Source of the DNA: an uncultured delta proteobacterium
GTDB taxonomy: Bacteria; Desulfobacterota; Syntrophobacteria; Syntrophobacterales; Syntrophobacteraceae
Direction: 5' to 3'
Assembly: GCA_963808625.1 (NCBI GenBank)
Contig: CAWEHK010000050.1
Span: 1 to 64,000, forward strand
DNA: 64,000 bases
Under the pieces are notes generated by a model. The model searched no databases. It was not told where the DNA came from and was given only the letters and a program-made list of their open reading frames with translations. This document shows positions 1-12,600 of the stretch, in pieces. Every line of letters begins with the position of its first letter. Position 1 is the first letter of the stretch. The position numbers and the translations under genes are program-made.

Positions 1-639
1 GCCGCCACCCACTCCTTCGCCGCCCTGACCCGCAAGCCGGATTCTTTGACCGGCCTGAATGCCCACCGGAATCTTGACTTCGTAATTCTTTTCCTGGACG
101 GACAGTTGGCCTTCCGGGGTGATGGTTTGGGTTTGCAGGGTGATGGGCCTGGTCGCACCCCGAAAAGCATCCTCGAGAGAGATCTTGATGGTTGCTTCCT
201 GGTCGGAGCCGGCCTGAGTCCATACCGGCCCCTTCCCTCTTCTCGCTCCAGCGCTTCTCTGAGCGCCCCCAAAACGCTGCCCGCCAAAGATCGCCTCAAA
301 AAAATCGCTGAAGTCTCCCGCGCCTCCCCGCTGGAACTCGTTAGGGCCGGAGCCTCCTTGACCAAAATCGAAATGGACATCCCAACCCGGCGGCGGTCGA
401 AACTCCTGGCCAGCCTTCCAATTTTGTCCCAACTGGTCGTACTTCTCGCGTTTCTCCGGGTCCTTCAGGACCTCGTAGGCCTCGTTGATTTCTTTAAACT
501 TGTCTTCGGCATCTTTTGCCTTACTGACATCAGGATGAAATTTCCTCGCAAGCTTGCGATAGGAACGCTTGATTTCTTCCTGCTTAGCCGTTCGAGGAAC
601 GCCCAGGACCTCGTAATAGTCTCTAAATTGAACCGCCAT
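1..639 (-). CDS. cbpA: DnaJ-class co-chaperone (CbpA/curved DNA-binding type), runs off the window start; one internal frameshift near 235
   Basis: Manual minus-strand translation from ATG 639: [37 protein letters not shown] (J-domain with HPD motif). After a frameshift it reads [18 protein letters not shown]...[19 protein letters not shown] (DnaJ C-terminal domain, no zinc finger). Lies directly downstream of dnaK. Confidence 0.88.
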   Translation of the reverse strand, partial: MAVQFRDYYEVLGVPRTAKQEEIKRSYRKLARKFHPDVSKAKDAEDKFKEINEAYEVLKDPEKREKYDQLGQNWKAGQEFRPPPGWDVHFDFGQGGSGPNEFQRGGAGDFSDFFEAIFGGQRFGGAQRSAGARRGKGPVWTQAGSDQEATIKISLEDAFRGATRPITLQTQTITPEGQLSVQEKNYEVKIPVGIQAGQRIRLAGQGGEGVGGG

Positions 640-658
640 GTTTTCCTTTTCTTATTGC

Positions 659-2555
659 TTAACGTTCGGTGAATTCGGCATCGACGACGTCGTCGCCCCC
701 GTCGCGTCGTGCTGCGCCCGCCCAGGAGCTCGAATCCTGCGCCTTGCCCGCCTGCTGATAGGCCGCGGAGGCGAGCATCTGAAGCGCCTGTTGGAGATCA
801 CTCGCCAGTTGCTGGTAGCGCTCCTTGCCGAGCGTTTCATCTTTCACGGCCCGGCGGGTCTCCTCGATGAGCTCTTCCGACCGCGCTTTTTCGTGCAGAG
901 GGACCTTTTCGCCAAGGTCCTTCAAACTGCGCTCCAGTTGATAGGCAAGGCTGTCCGCCTGGTTTCTGGCCTCGATGGCCTCCCGCCGACCCTTGTCTTC
1001 CGCGGCGTGCGCCTGCGCATCCTGGACCATTTGCTCGACGTCGCTTTTCGAGAGATTGGTGGATTCCGATATCGTGACCGTTTGTTCCTTGCCCGTTTCC
1101 TGGTCCCGAGCGGTGACATTTAGAATGCCATTGGCATCAATGTCAAAGGTTACTTTGATCTGAGGCAGACCGCGCGCCGCCGGACGAATCCCTTCCAGGC
1201 GAAAACGGCCGAGCACCCGGTTGTCCTTGGCCATTTCCCGTTCCCCCTGCAGCACCACGATGTCCACTGCCGTCTGGTTATCCTCAGCGGTCGAAAATAC
1301 CTCCTCGCGCCGGGATGGAATGGTGGTGTTGCGCTCGATCAACCTGGTCATGACCCCGCCCAAGGTTTCAACCCCAAGGGAGAGGGGGGTGACATCGAGA
1401 AGCACCACATCTTCGACCTGGCCTTTGAGGACCGCAGCCTGAATCGCGGCACCGACCGCCACCACTTCATCCGGATTCACGCTCATATTGGGCTGCTTGC
1501 CGCCCGTCAGTTTCCTGACCAACTCCTGGACCGCCGGCATGCGGGTGGCACCGCCGACCAGAATGACTTCATCGAGGTCCTTGGCGGTCAGTTTGAGCGT
1601 CGGCAAGAGCCTGCTCGACCGGTTTCATACAGCGCTGGACCAGATCGTGGGTGAGGTCATCCAATTTGGCGCGCGCCAGTTTCATCAACAAGTGCTTGGG
1701 ACCCGTGGCATCAGCGGTAATGAAGGGCAGATTGATCTGCGTTTCCGTCATGCTGGAAAGCTCACACTTGGCCTTTTCCGCCGCTTCATAGAGCCGCTGG
1801 AGGGCCTGGCGGTCGTTGCGTAAATCAACGCCCGTGTCCTTCTTGAATTCCTCGGCAAGCCAGTCGACAACGCGCTTATCAAAATCATCACCGCCAAGAT
1901 GAGTGTCCCCTGAGGTGGATCGGACTTCGCAGACGCCTTCTCCGACATCAAGAATGGATACATCAAACGTTCCGCCACCGAGGTCGAAGACCAGAATGGT
2001 CTCATTCTTCTTCTTCTCAAGACCGTAGGCAAGGGCCGCAGCCGTGGGTTCGTTGATGATCCGAAGCACTTTCAGCCCGGCAATTTCCCCCGCATTCTTG
2101 GTAGCCTGACGCTGCGCATCGTTGAAATAAGCGGGCACCGTAATAACGGCTTCGGTGACCTTCTCCCCAAGGTACTTGGAAGCATCATCGACGAGCTTTC
2201 GGATCACCTGAGCCGAAACTTCTTCAGGCGCAACCATCTTGCCGCGGATATCAAAGCGGATGGCATCGCTTGGACCGCGCACCACCTTGTACGAGACGAT
2301 CTTCGATTCCTCGTCCACCTCGCCCCATTTGCGCCCGATGAAACGCTTTGCGGAATAAACCGTAGCCCCGGGATTGAGGATGGCCTGGCGCCGCGCAATC
2401 TGCCCGACCAGTCGCTGATTATCCTCCGTGTAAGCGACCACGGAAGGGGTGGTTCGCGATCCTTCGGCATTGGCGATGACCGTCGCCTGTCCATTTTCCC
2501 ATATCGCGACGACGGAATTGGTTGTTCCCAAATCAATTCCTACTGCCCTGGCCAT
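659..2555 (-). CDS. dnaK: Molecular chaperone DnaK (Hsp70), split by a 1-nt frameshift at ~1596
   Basis: ORF 1569-2555 has [23 protein letters not shown] and [13 protein letters not shown] 659-1606 has [20 protein letters not shown] and DVVDAEF. RBS GAGGAGG upstream. Confidence 0.96.
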
Positions 2556-2708
2556 AACTTGTACCTCCTCTTGACAATATGGTCATCCGTGTCGGAGCAA
2601 ATCCCGACTCCATCGGATTTATAATTTAAACATATCAATTTGTTGGATCTGATAGACACGCTCAAAAAGTAATCACGATTTCATATCTTTCCAGGCGGGG
2701 CTGCCACT

Positions 2709-4819
2709 TTATTTCTCAGGAACATGCACATTCTTCGAACGGTCACCCTGAATCGGCAGGGACATGCGGATGAGAAGCTCTTCGGAAGGTTCCAGACAGA
2801 CGCTGATTGCTCCCCCATGCTTGCTCACGATGATTTTGCTCATCGGGAGGTCAATGCCCTCGCAGGGAGTCTTGGACGTGGTGAAAGGATAGAAGAAATG
2901 CTCCACATCATCGGCAGAGAAGTGCTGCACAGGGTAGCGCATGAGCACTTCGAGCATGTCCGCTTCCCGCGACGTCACGACGGTCAACGCGGACCCTTTG
3001 GGCATATGGGTCAGAGCATTCCGGAGGAGGGTCTCCAGTACCTGCGCCAGCAACTTCTGATCGAGGAGGATTTGAGGAAGATGAGGCGCCAACTGCATGT
3101 CGAGGCACACCTCATGGCTTTCAAAATCCTTGCGCAGCACTTTGAGCGTCACGACGACAAGATCATTGAGATCGGTCGGCGAAGCCACTAATTCCAGGGG
3201 TTGAAGGTAGCTCAGAAGCATGCGCAAGATGGCTTCCAACCGTGCGACTTCTTTTACGATGATTTCCACTTTTGAGCGGTTGGGATCATCGGGGCTCATC
3301 GCGGCCAGGAGCCGCCGTGCAAAGCCCCCGGCCGAGACGAGAGGGTTGCGGATTTCATGAGCCAGGCGGGCAGAGACCTCACTTATGGTCTTGAGTCCCT
3401 CGGCCCGAACCAATTGCTCATGCAACCTCACCATCCAGGTGATATCCACAATGATGCCGTCTACAACACTGGTCGTCCCTTCGGAGGTTTCGAGCGGGAT
3501 AGCGTGATCCATGACGTAGACAATGTGGCCTTGTTTGTGTTTGACACGATATTCCGTGATGAACTCTGCTCCATCCCGGTGGCCTTTCTCCCGTTGCTCC
3601 ATCACGCGCTGCCGGTCTTCGCCATAGACGGTTTCCGACCACAGACCGCTGGTTGCTCAGGATTTCGACCGGCGTATACCCGAAAACCTGTTCGACAAAC
3701 TGGTTGACAAAGAGGACCACCCCGCCGGGCTTGAGACGATAAACAACCAGGGGCACATTTTCCACGAGGGTTCGATACTTTTCCTCAGATGAGATAAGGT
3801 CCGCCGTGCGTTCGCGAACGAGCGCCTCCGCTCTCTTGTAGGCGGAAATGTCGCTCAGGATTCCCACCGATCCCACGAGCCTGCCGGTCTCATCAAACCA
3901 CGGAAAGGAATGGTCGCGCAACCACCTCGCCTCACCGGATCGCATGCGAATGAGATAGTCCGCCCGGTATTCTTCGATCTTTCCCTCCAGGCGATCGTTT
4001 ATTATCGCCTCAGGCGTCACATTTTCTTCGTTCGGGAGATCGATTCTGGTAACCAGTCGCGCAAACCCGATCGCGTTTATTTCCTCCGGCATGTAACCGG
4101 TTAACGTTCTTGATTCCGGGGCTAAGGTAGTCGTAGTTCATTGAGTCATAGCGCAAGCGGTAGATGACGTCTCCGGTGGTCTCAGCCATGAAGCGAAAGC
4201 GTTCCTCACTCTCGCGGAGATATTTCTCGGCTTGTTTGCGCGAGATTTCCACCGCAGCAAGGTTGCCAATGAGAGTCAGGGTTTCGAGGTCAGATCGGGA
4301 AAAGGCCGTCCCTTTCCTGTTGAAAACATAGAGCACGCCGAGATTTCTGGACGCCATCTGAACCGGCGCCGCCATCCCCGAGATCAACCCTTCGGTGGCC
4401 GCGATCTGCCGCAGTTCCGGCGCCAGGGAGGTCTCCGCAAAATAGTCCTCAACCAGGCAACCCTGGCCGGTTTTCCTGACTAACCCCGCCAGACCGATGC
4501 CGAACGGAATCCTCATCTGCTTAAATGCTTCGGTGCGGATTCCCGATGAGGTATGTTTGAAGAACTCGCCACGACTTTCGTCTTGAAGTGCAACGTAGGA
4601 GATGTCGGCCTGGAGCAGTTCCCGGCATTGATCCACGATGAGCTGCAGGGTGTCATCCATGCTTTGATCGCTGGTCAGGGCAAGGGCCAGAGTATAGAGA
4701 CCCCGGAATTTTCTCAGCTCCTTTTCCAGGTCGCTCTGCGCCTGCGTCAGCATCAGAATCTCTTCCTCGAGATCCTTTCTGCTCCGTCCCATATCCTCGC
4801 CACCCGTTTGCTCAGACAT
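2709..4819 (-). CDS. GAF-PAS-PAS sensor histidine kinase-like protein (two frameshifts; degenerate HATPase domain)
   Basis: Overlapping ORFs 4010-4819 (GAF, ESEERFR linker), 3418-4092 (PAS/PAC) and 2709-3605 (H-box AHEIRNPL plus HATPase-like C-terminus). Confidence 0.85.
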
Positions 4820-4950
4820 GAGAGTATCTCCGAAGAGGACAAAGAGACATCATGCCAAACTGGATCCGCAAAAGGTCAAGCCCTTTCGGAAAAACAATAG
4901 TGCGTTAATCTCCAGACTTCAAGCGGCAACGATGCAATGCCGAAAAATGC

Positions 4951-5619
4951 TTATGGCAGGATCTTTACGGGAGTGCCAACCGGAATGACATCAAAGAGTT
5001 CGTCAATATCACTGTTGCTGAGGGCTACACAACCCAGGGTCCAATCCTCTCCCGCACCGCCGCCATGGATAAAAATATTTCCTCCGAGGCGGGTCCCGGA
5101 CGGCGGCAGCGTCTTCCTCTCGTTGGCCTGCATGATCCTGAAGTATTCGTCCCTGGAGATGGCCCCAAGAAGATAAGCTTCATCGGCATGCTTGCGGGAA
5201 GGATAGTTGAGGCCGAAGCCCTTATGATATTTGCTCGAGGGGTTCTTGACGCAAACAAAGAAATCACCTTCCGGCGTCCTCCCATCTCCCATAAGATACT
5301 TGTCGCCGTTTGGCCGGAACCCGAGCGCAACAGGGTAATCCCGGATGAGGACCTTGTTGTCGACAAGAAGCAGCCGCCTTTCCGCCTTCTGCACGTAAAG
5401 CACCGGGTCGGAGAGAGACCACAGCGGCGCGTTCAACTTGACTTCACAATAAGGGCGACCACAGTCCATGGGGGTCGCCACCTGAATACTCGGCCCTGGC
5501 AGAGTTACGGGTTTGCTGGACCCAAACCAGGAGCACGACGACAACGCGAGGAGGATTACAACCCACGCAATAATGTGCACCAGTGCTTTTGCCCTAAGCG
5601 CACCTTTCATTCCATCCAT
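4951..5619 (-). CDS. L,D-transpeptidase (YkuD family) lipoprotein
   Basis: Lipobox LSSC, GDGRTPEG, and catalytic motif IFIHGG...WTLGCVAL. Confidence 0.88.
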   Translation of the reverse strand: MDGMKGALRAKALVHIIAWVVILLALSSCSWFGSSKPVTLPGPSIQVATPMDCGRPYCEVKLNAPLWSLSDPVLYVQKAERRLLLVDNKVLIRDYPVALGFRPNGDKYLMGDGRTPEGDFFVCVKNPSSKYHKGFGLNYPSRKHADEAYLLGAISRDEYFRIMQANERKTLPPSGTRLGGNIFIHGGGAGEDWTLGCVALSNSDIDELFDVIPVGTPVKILP

Positions 5620-5741
5620 GAGCCATGTCTCTTTCTACTCTGAGGCGATCCACTGAACATGAAAATCCATAAGCTTCCAACACCATCGAAATCGGCGGAT
5701 CGAGGAGTTCGACGCCCCACCGCCCGGGCATTCCCAAAACC

Positions 5742-5841
5742 CCGTCTCTACCCGTTCTCCGTCTCTCCGTCTTGTCCTCTCTCCCCATCGCCGGATCTCC
5801 CTGTCTCCGCGTCTCCGTGTCACCGCGTCACCCTGTCTCCC
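5742..5841. repeat. Degenerate 8-mer tandem repeat (CCGTGTCT/CCGCGTCA-like)
   Basis: ccgtctctccgtcttgtcc...ccctgtctccgcgtctccgtgtcaccgcgtcaccctgtctccc between the two transpeptidase genes. Confidence 0.7.
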
Positions 5842-5866
5842 AGTGAGAAAATAACAAAGGTCAACC

Positions 5867-6713
5867 CTAATTAGACGAGGGGCCAAAGACAGCGGGCTCC
5901 TTCGGCGGAGGGAAATAAAGCCTGCTCAAATCTCGGTTCAAGCTGCTCAGGGTATCGGTGATGATCACCGGGATGCCGACGCTCGCCCAGTCATAGAGCT
6001 TCTCAGCGGAATCCGGAGGCAGATTAATACAGCCGTGGGAACAATAGGGTCCCACCACGTCCCCGGCATGGAGCCAGACCGCGCCATAGATTCTCAGGGC
6101 CAGGGGCATCCAGGCCGGTTCCCCGTAAACGTTATTATAGAGGTTGGAATATTTGTCCGCGGCCTTGTCCAATACCTTATAGATGCCACTCTCCGTCCAC
6201 TCCCACTGCTTGCCGACGCAGGTCAGGGAATCGCCCTTCAGCCTGCCGTTATCATACCATCCGGTAAAGGGAATATCCTTGACGATCAGGATGAGTTTTG
6301 GTGGATTCGCATTCCCGGGCAGCGTCTTGGGCAGCGGCGACCAGGTCCGGTATGCGTCGAAATCAACCGGGACCTTTAAGGGGCGCTTTTGCTTGATATC
6401 TTCAGCGATGTATCGGCGGTCTTTCTTGTTAAGACGACCAAGAATCTCCTCGAAGGTGTAGCGGGTCTCCTTCGGGTTCTTTTCAACCATCCTCAAGATT
6501 TCATCTTCGGTGATCACTCGCTCTTTTATTGCCAGTGACGGCGGGACCCTTCGGAGGGGGAGCTTTCGCGGGAGGCGGCTGAGGCTTTGCCGGAGGAGGC
6601 GGCGGAGCGATATATTCGAGCTGCGCCATATCCACCGGTCTCCCCGCGCATGCCCAAAGGGAGCAGCAAAGCAGCAGCACACCGGCTATTCGCCATGAAA
6701 AAGATTTCGCCAA
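5867..6713 (-). CDS. L,D-transpeptidase (YkuD family) lipoprotein with Pro-rich linker; frameshift near 6530
   Basis: N-terminal ORF 6501-6713 has lipobox LWAC and a PPPPPAKPQPPP linker. The C-terminal ORF has WLHAG...SHGCINL. Confidence 0.82.
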
Positions 6714-7055
6714 ACCGCGCCCCTTCGAATGAAATGGTAATAGGTATGTTACTATTTGTTATTTTTACCCGCTTCCAGCCTCATTCCCTACCAAAAATCA
6801 CCTAAAAATTCAACTCTCATGTCTGAGACCCGCGGCAAAGCCGCTGGCTTGAAAGGAGGGCGGGTTTTCCAACCCGCCGGGTGGCTTCTTTCATCCATAC
6901 CCAGACACATCCGAATCGTAGTGAGCTTCAGCAGCTCCCGTTCGGATCATCTCTTCCTCTCCTGGGAAACGCATGGCCACCAGCCTGAAGAAGCCGTTTC
7001 CCCTCCTGCCATGCTCAAAGCTTTTCACCTCTCACTGGTCGAACCGGTCGCTCAC

Positions 7056-8213
7056 CTATTCAGCTATTTGCGCTTCAAGGCGACGCCGCCAACCATCCGG
7101 GTTGCAGACATAAATCTTGAGACCGCCGATATTCTTAGCGTACCCCTCAAAGCTCAGAGGACTCACGACATAATTGCTACCGCCCGGGTAGTAAGATCGG
7201 AAGATCTTGAGCGATGCCGGATCGAATTGTGTCGGGTCCCATTTGCATTCAATGGTGTCGATGTTGTCGCGACTCTGCGGGATCACAAAGTCGATCTCAT
7301 GTCCCCTTGCATCCCGCCAGTACTGGATCTTCCTGTCAAATGCGTGGGCCTGCAGGGTCTCGAGTACAAGATGTTCCCAAAGCGGGCCATAATCATCGGG
7401 CCGCAAGGGGTCCCAGCCCCTGCAGAAGCTCACGAATCCCGTATCGAACCCATAAGCCTTGGGCATTTTGATCAGCTCCTTCTGCCCACCCCCATAAAAT
7501 GGCCTTAATAGCGTCACGGCATGAGTTGCTTCCAGTGCACTCAAATGGCTTTCGACAGTTGGCCGGCTGATGGCAAGCGCGCTCGCTGTGCGAGTAATTT
7601 CCAGCAGGCCGCCACTTTGCTTTAAGAGGTACTCGAAGAGGGTGTTAAACTTCTCGATGTCGCGAAAGCCGAAAAGCCTCTGGATATCTCTGGCAAAAAA
7701 AGAGTCCATCCATTCCCGATAAAAGCCGGAGGATTTCGTTTCAGCGAGTATTGCCTGAGGCAATCCGCCGTGGTAGAGCCTCTTCAAGAGCGGCGTAGCC
7801 TGGAAGGCTTCGAGCTCATCCCAGAGCACAGGGGTCAGATGCACCAGCCGTTTGCGCCCGGTCAGGGTATCCTGGAATTTTCTGCTGGCCGCCAGGGTCG
7901 ATGACCCCGTGGCAAGAATCTTGAGCTCCGGGAATAGGTCCGCGCCAATTTTAAGGAGTCTGCTCGGATCGCGGAGTTGATGAATCTCGTCGAAAACGAC
8001 AATGGGGCGTGTACAGTTTCGGTAGAAGAGTTCCGGATCAGCCACCATGTCGGCAACCACCGGCAGATCACAGTTGACATAATACACCAGATCGCTGCCA
8101 AGGCTCTCCGCCAGCGTTGTCTTCCCCGAGCGCCGCACGCCTGCAAGCCAGACAATGGAAGCTTCACGCCATGCACGCTCGATACGATTGATCCAAAACG
8201 GCCTTGCGATCAT
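7056..8213 (-). CDS. AAA_14 ATPase with DUF4143 and C-terminal PD-(D/E)xK-like domain
   Basis: Walker A GVRRSGKT, Walker B VVFDEIH, ATGSS, PKAYGFDTG, EIDFV...IECK. Confidence 0.88.
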   Translation of the reverse strand: MIARPFWINRIERAWREASIVWLAGVRRSGKTTLAESLGSDLVYYVNCDLPVVADMVADPELFYRNCTRPIVVFDEIHQLRDPSRLLKIGADLFPELKILATGSSTLAASRKFQDTLTGRKRLVHLTPVLWDELEAFQATPLLKRLYHGGLPQAILAETKSSGFYREWMDSFFARDIQRLFGFRDIEKFNTLFEYLLKQSGGLLEITRTASALAISRPTVESHLSALEATHAVTLLRPFYGGGQKELIKMPKAYGFDTGFVSFCRGWDPLRPDDYGPLWEHLVLETLQAHAFDRKIQYWRDARGHEIDFVIPQSRDNIDTIECKWDPTQFDPASLKIFRSYYPGGSNYVVSPLSFEGYAKNIGGLKIYVCNPDGWRRRLEAQIAE

Positions 8214-8215
8214 GA

Positions 8216-8258
8216 AATCGTACTTACAATATTTGTGGAATATATGTCAAGTACGATT
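8216..8258 (-). promoter_or_regulatory. Palindromic operator overlapping a TTGACA -35 box just upstream of the AAA-DUF4143 gene
   Basis: AATCGTACTT (8216-8225) and AAGTACGATT (8249-8258) are a perfect inverted repeat; the minus-strand TTGACA overlaps the distal arm. Confidence 0.55.
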
Positions 8259-8323
8259 GCACAGAAATTATGGCGAAGGTTCTGAGAAAACGTAACTAAG
8301 GAATAAGTATGACTCCGAGGCTA

Positions 8324-9505
8324 TCACTTGGCACCCATGTTCGCTTGCCCACCGAGGGGCAGGAATGAGAGGATGATCTCCCGGCGGGCCCGGATTTTGC
8401 GCCCTTCCCGGGTGAGGAGCCCCATGCTGTCCAGCGTGTTGAGATCGCGCTGCAACGTTTTCGAGGTTTTGTCAGCGTAGGCTTTGGCCAACCGTGGCGT
8501 CAGTTCCGTGAGCTCCGACACCTTCACCCAGTCACCCCTGGCGCCGAGGTCGAGGGCCAGGTGACGTTGGCGGATATCGCTCGGACCGTTCCTGTTCTGA
8601 AAGAGCTCATGCACGTAATTCCGCCACACAACATCCCACTGCTGCGCCCACACGAACTCCAACTGCTCCCGCAGCCCATCCACTAAACCACGAACCGCGT
8701 AGCGAAGGAACGGCAAGATCTCGCCCCCCGATTTACTGGCATATTCAAGCTGCCTGTAATACTCCGCCCTGGTCTGGTTGTAGTGGTTGCTCAAGAGGTG
8801 TGCGGCCGGTGACGGCGCCCCTGCTGAAAGAAGGATGTGGAATTCCAGCAGGCGCGCGGTCCTCCCGTTACCGTCGCCAAACGGGTGAATCCACGCCAGG
8901 TAAAGATGCGCCACCACCGCCTTCAGGATGGCATATACGGCGTCCTTGCCCGTCGGGGCCTGGAAATCAGGGCCATTCAGCCAGTCGCAAAGCCGCTGCA
9001 GCAGATACAAACAATCTTCAGCCGGCGCCCCGCGGTATACGTTGCCCACCACCACAGAATGGCTTCGCACTTCCCCTGGCGTGACGTCTTCCTTGTTTGG
9101 CAACCTTGTCAGAACATGCCGGTTGTAAGATTCGATCAATTCCGGGCTCAGTGCAGGCAACGACTCATCCGCCACCTGCTTGACGATGGTGTTACAGGCG
9201 TCGATGATGTTATCCACCTCTTGCTTCAGGTATTCTTTGGATGGCGGGACCCTCAGCGTCCCTTCCACTGCCTGGAGGACTTCGGCCTCGGACAGCGTAT
9301 TGCCCTCGATGGCAGTCGTCCCAGCCACGCCCTTGGCCAGGTAGAGTTGGTGAAGCTGGCGCGCCGTTGCCGGTCGTAGCGGGACCCGGGACAAGTGCTC
9401 AAACTTGGAGGCTGCTTCCCCCAGGTCAAGCCAGAATTCCGGGGGCGCCTGACGCAGGTCGATTCGGAATGAGATCCATTTGTGGGTGCGCTCGTATGTC
9501 CGCAT
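8324..9505 (-). CDS. Fic family protein with N-terminal inhibitory motif and C-terminal wHTH
   Basis: Fic motif HPFGDGNGRTAR, (S/T)xxxE(G/N) motif TTAIEGN, and C-terminal KTLQRDLNTL helix. Confidence 0.92.
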   Translation of the reverse strand: MRTYERTHKWISFRIDLRQAPPEFWLDLGEAASKFEHLSRVPLRPATARQLHQLYLAKGVAGTTAIEGNTLSEAEVLQAVEGTLRVPPSKEYLKQEVDNIIDACNTIVKQVADESLPALSPELIESYNRHVLTRLPNKEDVTPGEVRSHSVVVGNVYRGAPAEDCLYLLQRLCDWLNGPDFQAPTGKDAVYAILKAVVAHLYLAWIHPFGDGNGRTARLLEFHILLSAGAPSPAAHLLSNHYNQTRAEYYRQLEYASKSGGEILPFLRYAVRGLVDGLREQLEFVWAQQWDVVWRNYVHELFQNRNGPSDIRQRHLALDLGARGDWVKVSELTELTPRLAKAYADKTSKTLQRDLNTLDSMGLLTREGRKIRARREIILSFLPLGGQANMGAK

Positions 9506-9639
9506 CGTTGTCCATTTTTATTGTTGTATATTCCAAATAAATATAAATGTGTTAGATAGTAATGGCAATAAAAATGTCCAACTTATGTCCGTTTCCATGT
9601 CGGATTATTCGTTACTCCAGGCTGTCGTCCCTGCACAGG

Positions 9640-12600
9640 CTACTGGATTGCAATGCTCGCGCACCCGGACCAGGCGGACACAGCTCCCTTATCGTCTTTG
9701 GCCTGCGCTTTCACGCAGTACCCATTGGGCTTGGACCATTTGTGTTTGGCCGAAGCCTTAACATTCCAGGTACTCTTTACCCCGTCGCCCCAGTCGAAGC
9801 GATACTGAAGCAGGTCGCCGTCCAGGTCCTCGGCCTGCGCCGTGAACTGGTAGGAATTGTTGACCTTCCCCGTGGCAGGGCCAACCGGAGGCCCGGAAAT
9901 CAGAGGCTTCCGGTTGACGAGGATGAGGTCCGGTTTGATTATGAGGTCACTCTCTTCAGCTGTCTGGATCGCCAACCTCACCGTGTATATTCCGGAATTT
10001 TGGTAGACGTGGACCGGGTTCTTATCCGTGCTGGTGGCGTTATCCCCGAAATCCCAGAGCCAGCCAGTAACCCCGCCCAATGAGCTATCCTTGAATTTGA
10101 CCGGCAATGGAGGCTGCCCGCTCACGGGAGAAGCGGAAAAATCAGCGCGCAGCGAAGCATGGTTTTCCACGAAATCGGAAAGAAAACTCTCCTTCCCCTC
10201 CCCGTTGACCGCAGTCACCGCATAAAGCCTGCGCGGCTGCTCCCAGGCATGAGTGGTTTGGTATTGTCTCGACCGTCGCAGGGAGCTTCTTCAAGAGCTT
10301 CACCAAGGGTTCATCATCCCGTCGCGCGTAAATTCTATACTGGGCGATTCCGGCGCCCGAGACCGGTGACCAGTTCAGCTTGGTCTTCAATATCGTTTTC
10401 TGCTGCACGGGGGAAGCCTTGAGATTCTCCGGCGGCGGCGGCATCGCCAGCAACTTTATCATCGGTTTCCCCGAGGCATTCAGCTGGAAAGGAATGGATC
10501 GAGGAGATCCTGGATAGAATACGGCAAAATCCTGCATCGCAACCCCTTGAGCCGACTTCAGGGTCAAAGTGACGAAATTTTGCCCGACCGAATCCCCCTT
10601 CATGACCAGAGTGTAGTTGCCGTCAACCGGACCGTTGAGCGTGATTCCCCCACCAGACGGCTCTCTCACCAGCGTACAGCCAGTAACGGCATCATATGAA
10701 ACCTGAGTACCATCATCGATGCCACACTTCACCGCCTCAGGATTAATGAGAAGCGGTGCCGCCTGCCCGCGCAGCGTCAACCCGAAAACAACCGCATTTG
10801 CCGCACTTGCGCGCGCGGGTCTTGCGGGGTTTGGAAGTTTCCTCGAACTGCCTGCCGTCATTTAGAAAATTATGTATATCGCTCTTGCACACTCCAACCA
10901 ATAAGCCATGCTCTCCCTTGTCATCAGAGCATGTTTCCGAGTCTAGAGGTTCTATTTGAGCGCTCTGTGCCCAGAGCACAGTACCGTCACCCTCGTTCGG
11001 TTTTACCGTAAGGAGCGGCTCTCCGTCCTCATACAGATGGTCAGCTGTGCTTTTCATGGCTTTAATCTGGGAGATGGTTGCTATCCTTTTGTTGCCGAAG
11101 ATCTTTGTCGTTATGGGACCGGTTGGATAACCACTTTTCATGAGGCCGATCCGGTCGTCATCGTTCAAATCGATAAGCCACTGGTTCTTGTTCGACCCAT
11201 GTTCAACATCATGGGCATTACCTCCATCCTTCAGGCAGTCGCCGAATGTGGGCATAAGCTGTCTCACGGAGGTTATCTTATCAAAGATAAACCGCCTTGC
11301 CTCTTCTTGGGAGATCTTCATTTTTTCCGGTATGGCAGGGTCTGTGGCAGGGTCCCAGTAGGGTTGCTTGTATTGAAACATGTCCTGGTCTTTCATTTCC
11401 TTATAGATATTGTTCGCCGTATTCGAATAGAACCATTTGGTCGCCCCGGTCGTCGATCCCCCCTTTTGATCGGCCAGCATCGGGTCACCACCTTCCCACA
11501 TGTAATAGGCATTCAGCGATCCGTGGTTGGGCGTGCCGACCATAACGAACTTCTCGATGTCATTGGCGTAGTCTTCGCTTTGGATGTAGCTCCTGACCAG
11601 CAGTCCTCCCATGCTATGCGCCACCACATCCACCTTCTCCCAGCCGGTATCTTTCTTTGCCTTCTTGATCATCGGCATGAGATATTTCCTGTAAGTATTG
11701 TCCGGATGTTCGAGGTTTGCCCGCCAATCGTACGGACAGTCGTAGGTGTCATAATGGTCTTCCATCTCCTCCTTCAGGCATTCCCATCCCCCGCCGCAGG
11801 TCAACCAGGGAATATCCATATCGTGAAGATGCAGCTTATCCTGTGCCGCGGGAAATTCTTTGGGGAGGGTGGGGTAGGGAGAAGGACTTACCACCCAGTT
11901 TTTGTCCGAACCCATGATCCCCGGCACCAACAGCACCGGCCTTTTCTTGGAATGCAGGACCAGGACATCCGGATAGCTCCGCTTATTGCCGCTCACGTCC
12001 ACCGAGCGGGTGATGCTGTCCTGGCCGTCCAGGGTTGCCCAAACATAATATCTGCCCGGGTCCACATAAGACTAACTGCATAGCATCCTGAACTGTCTGC
12101 ATGGTGCTTCTCTCCACATCCATAAAAGGCGATTTCCCCAGTTTCACCGTAGCCCCTTCGACGGCCTCACCACTAGACGATTTGACAACGCAGCCATTGA
12201 CATTCCCGAACACGGGAAACGACATATCTACAGTGAACAGGTTGCTATCTCCCACGATGACGCCCGATTGCCCATGAATCTTAATATACACAGAAGGCTC
12301 GCTGATGGAGACGTTATTGGACCCATCGCCACTCACCAGGGTGATCTTGTTCGGGCTGATCAACCCCGGCCCGACTAGGGATAAGGAAACTTCCCCATTA
12401 AAAGCCGTGACGAGGTTGCCCGCATAGTCTCGGGCTTGAATCCTGATAGGGAATGGCACCTTGGGCTTCTGGTTGAGAATCTGATTGATTCCATCCCTCG
12501 TGATGTCAAAGTGATGAAGCTCTCCCAACTTGCCCTCGATAAGGTAGCTCACCTCATTGCTTTTCTGACTTGTCGGGCCGTCGATCAACCACCAGGTGTA

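Noticed and set aside
1569..1606. Programmed frameshift in dnaK
   Set aside because: No slippery sequence, and similar single-base indels occur throughout the window.
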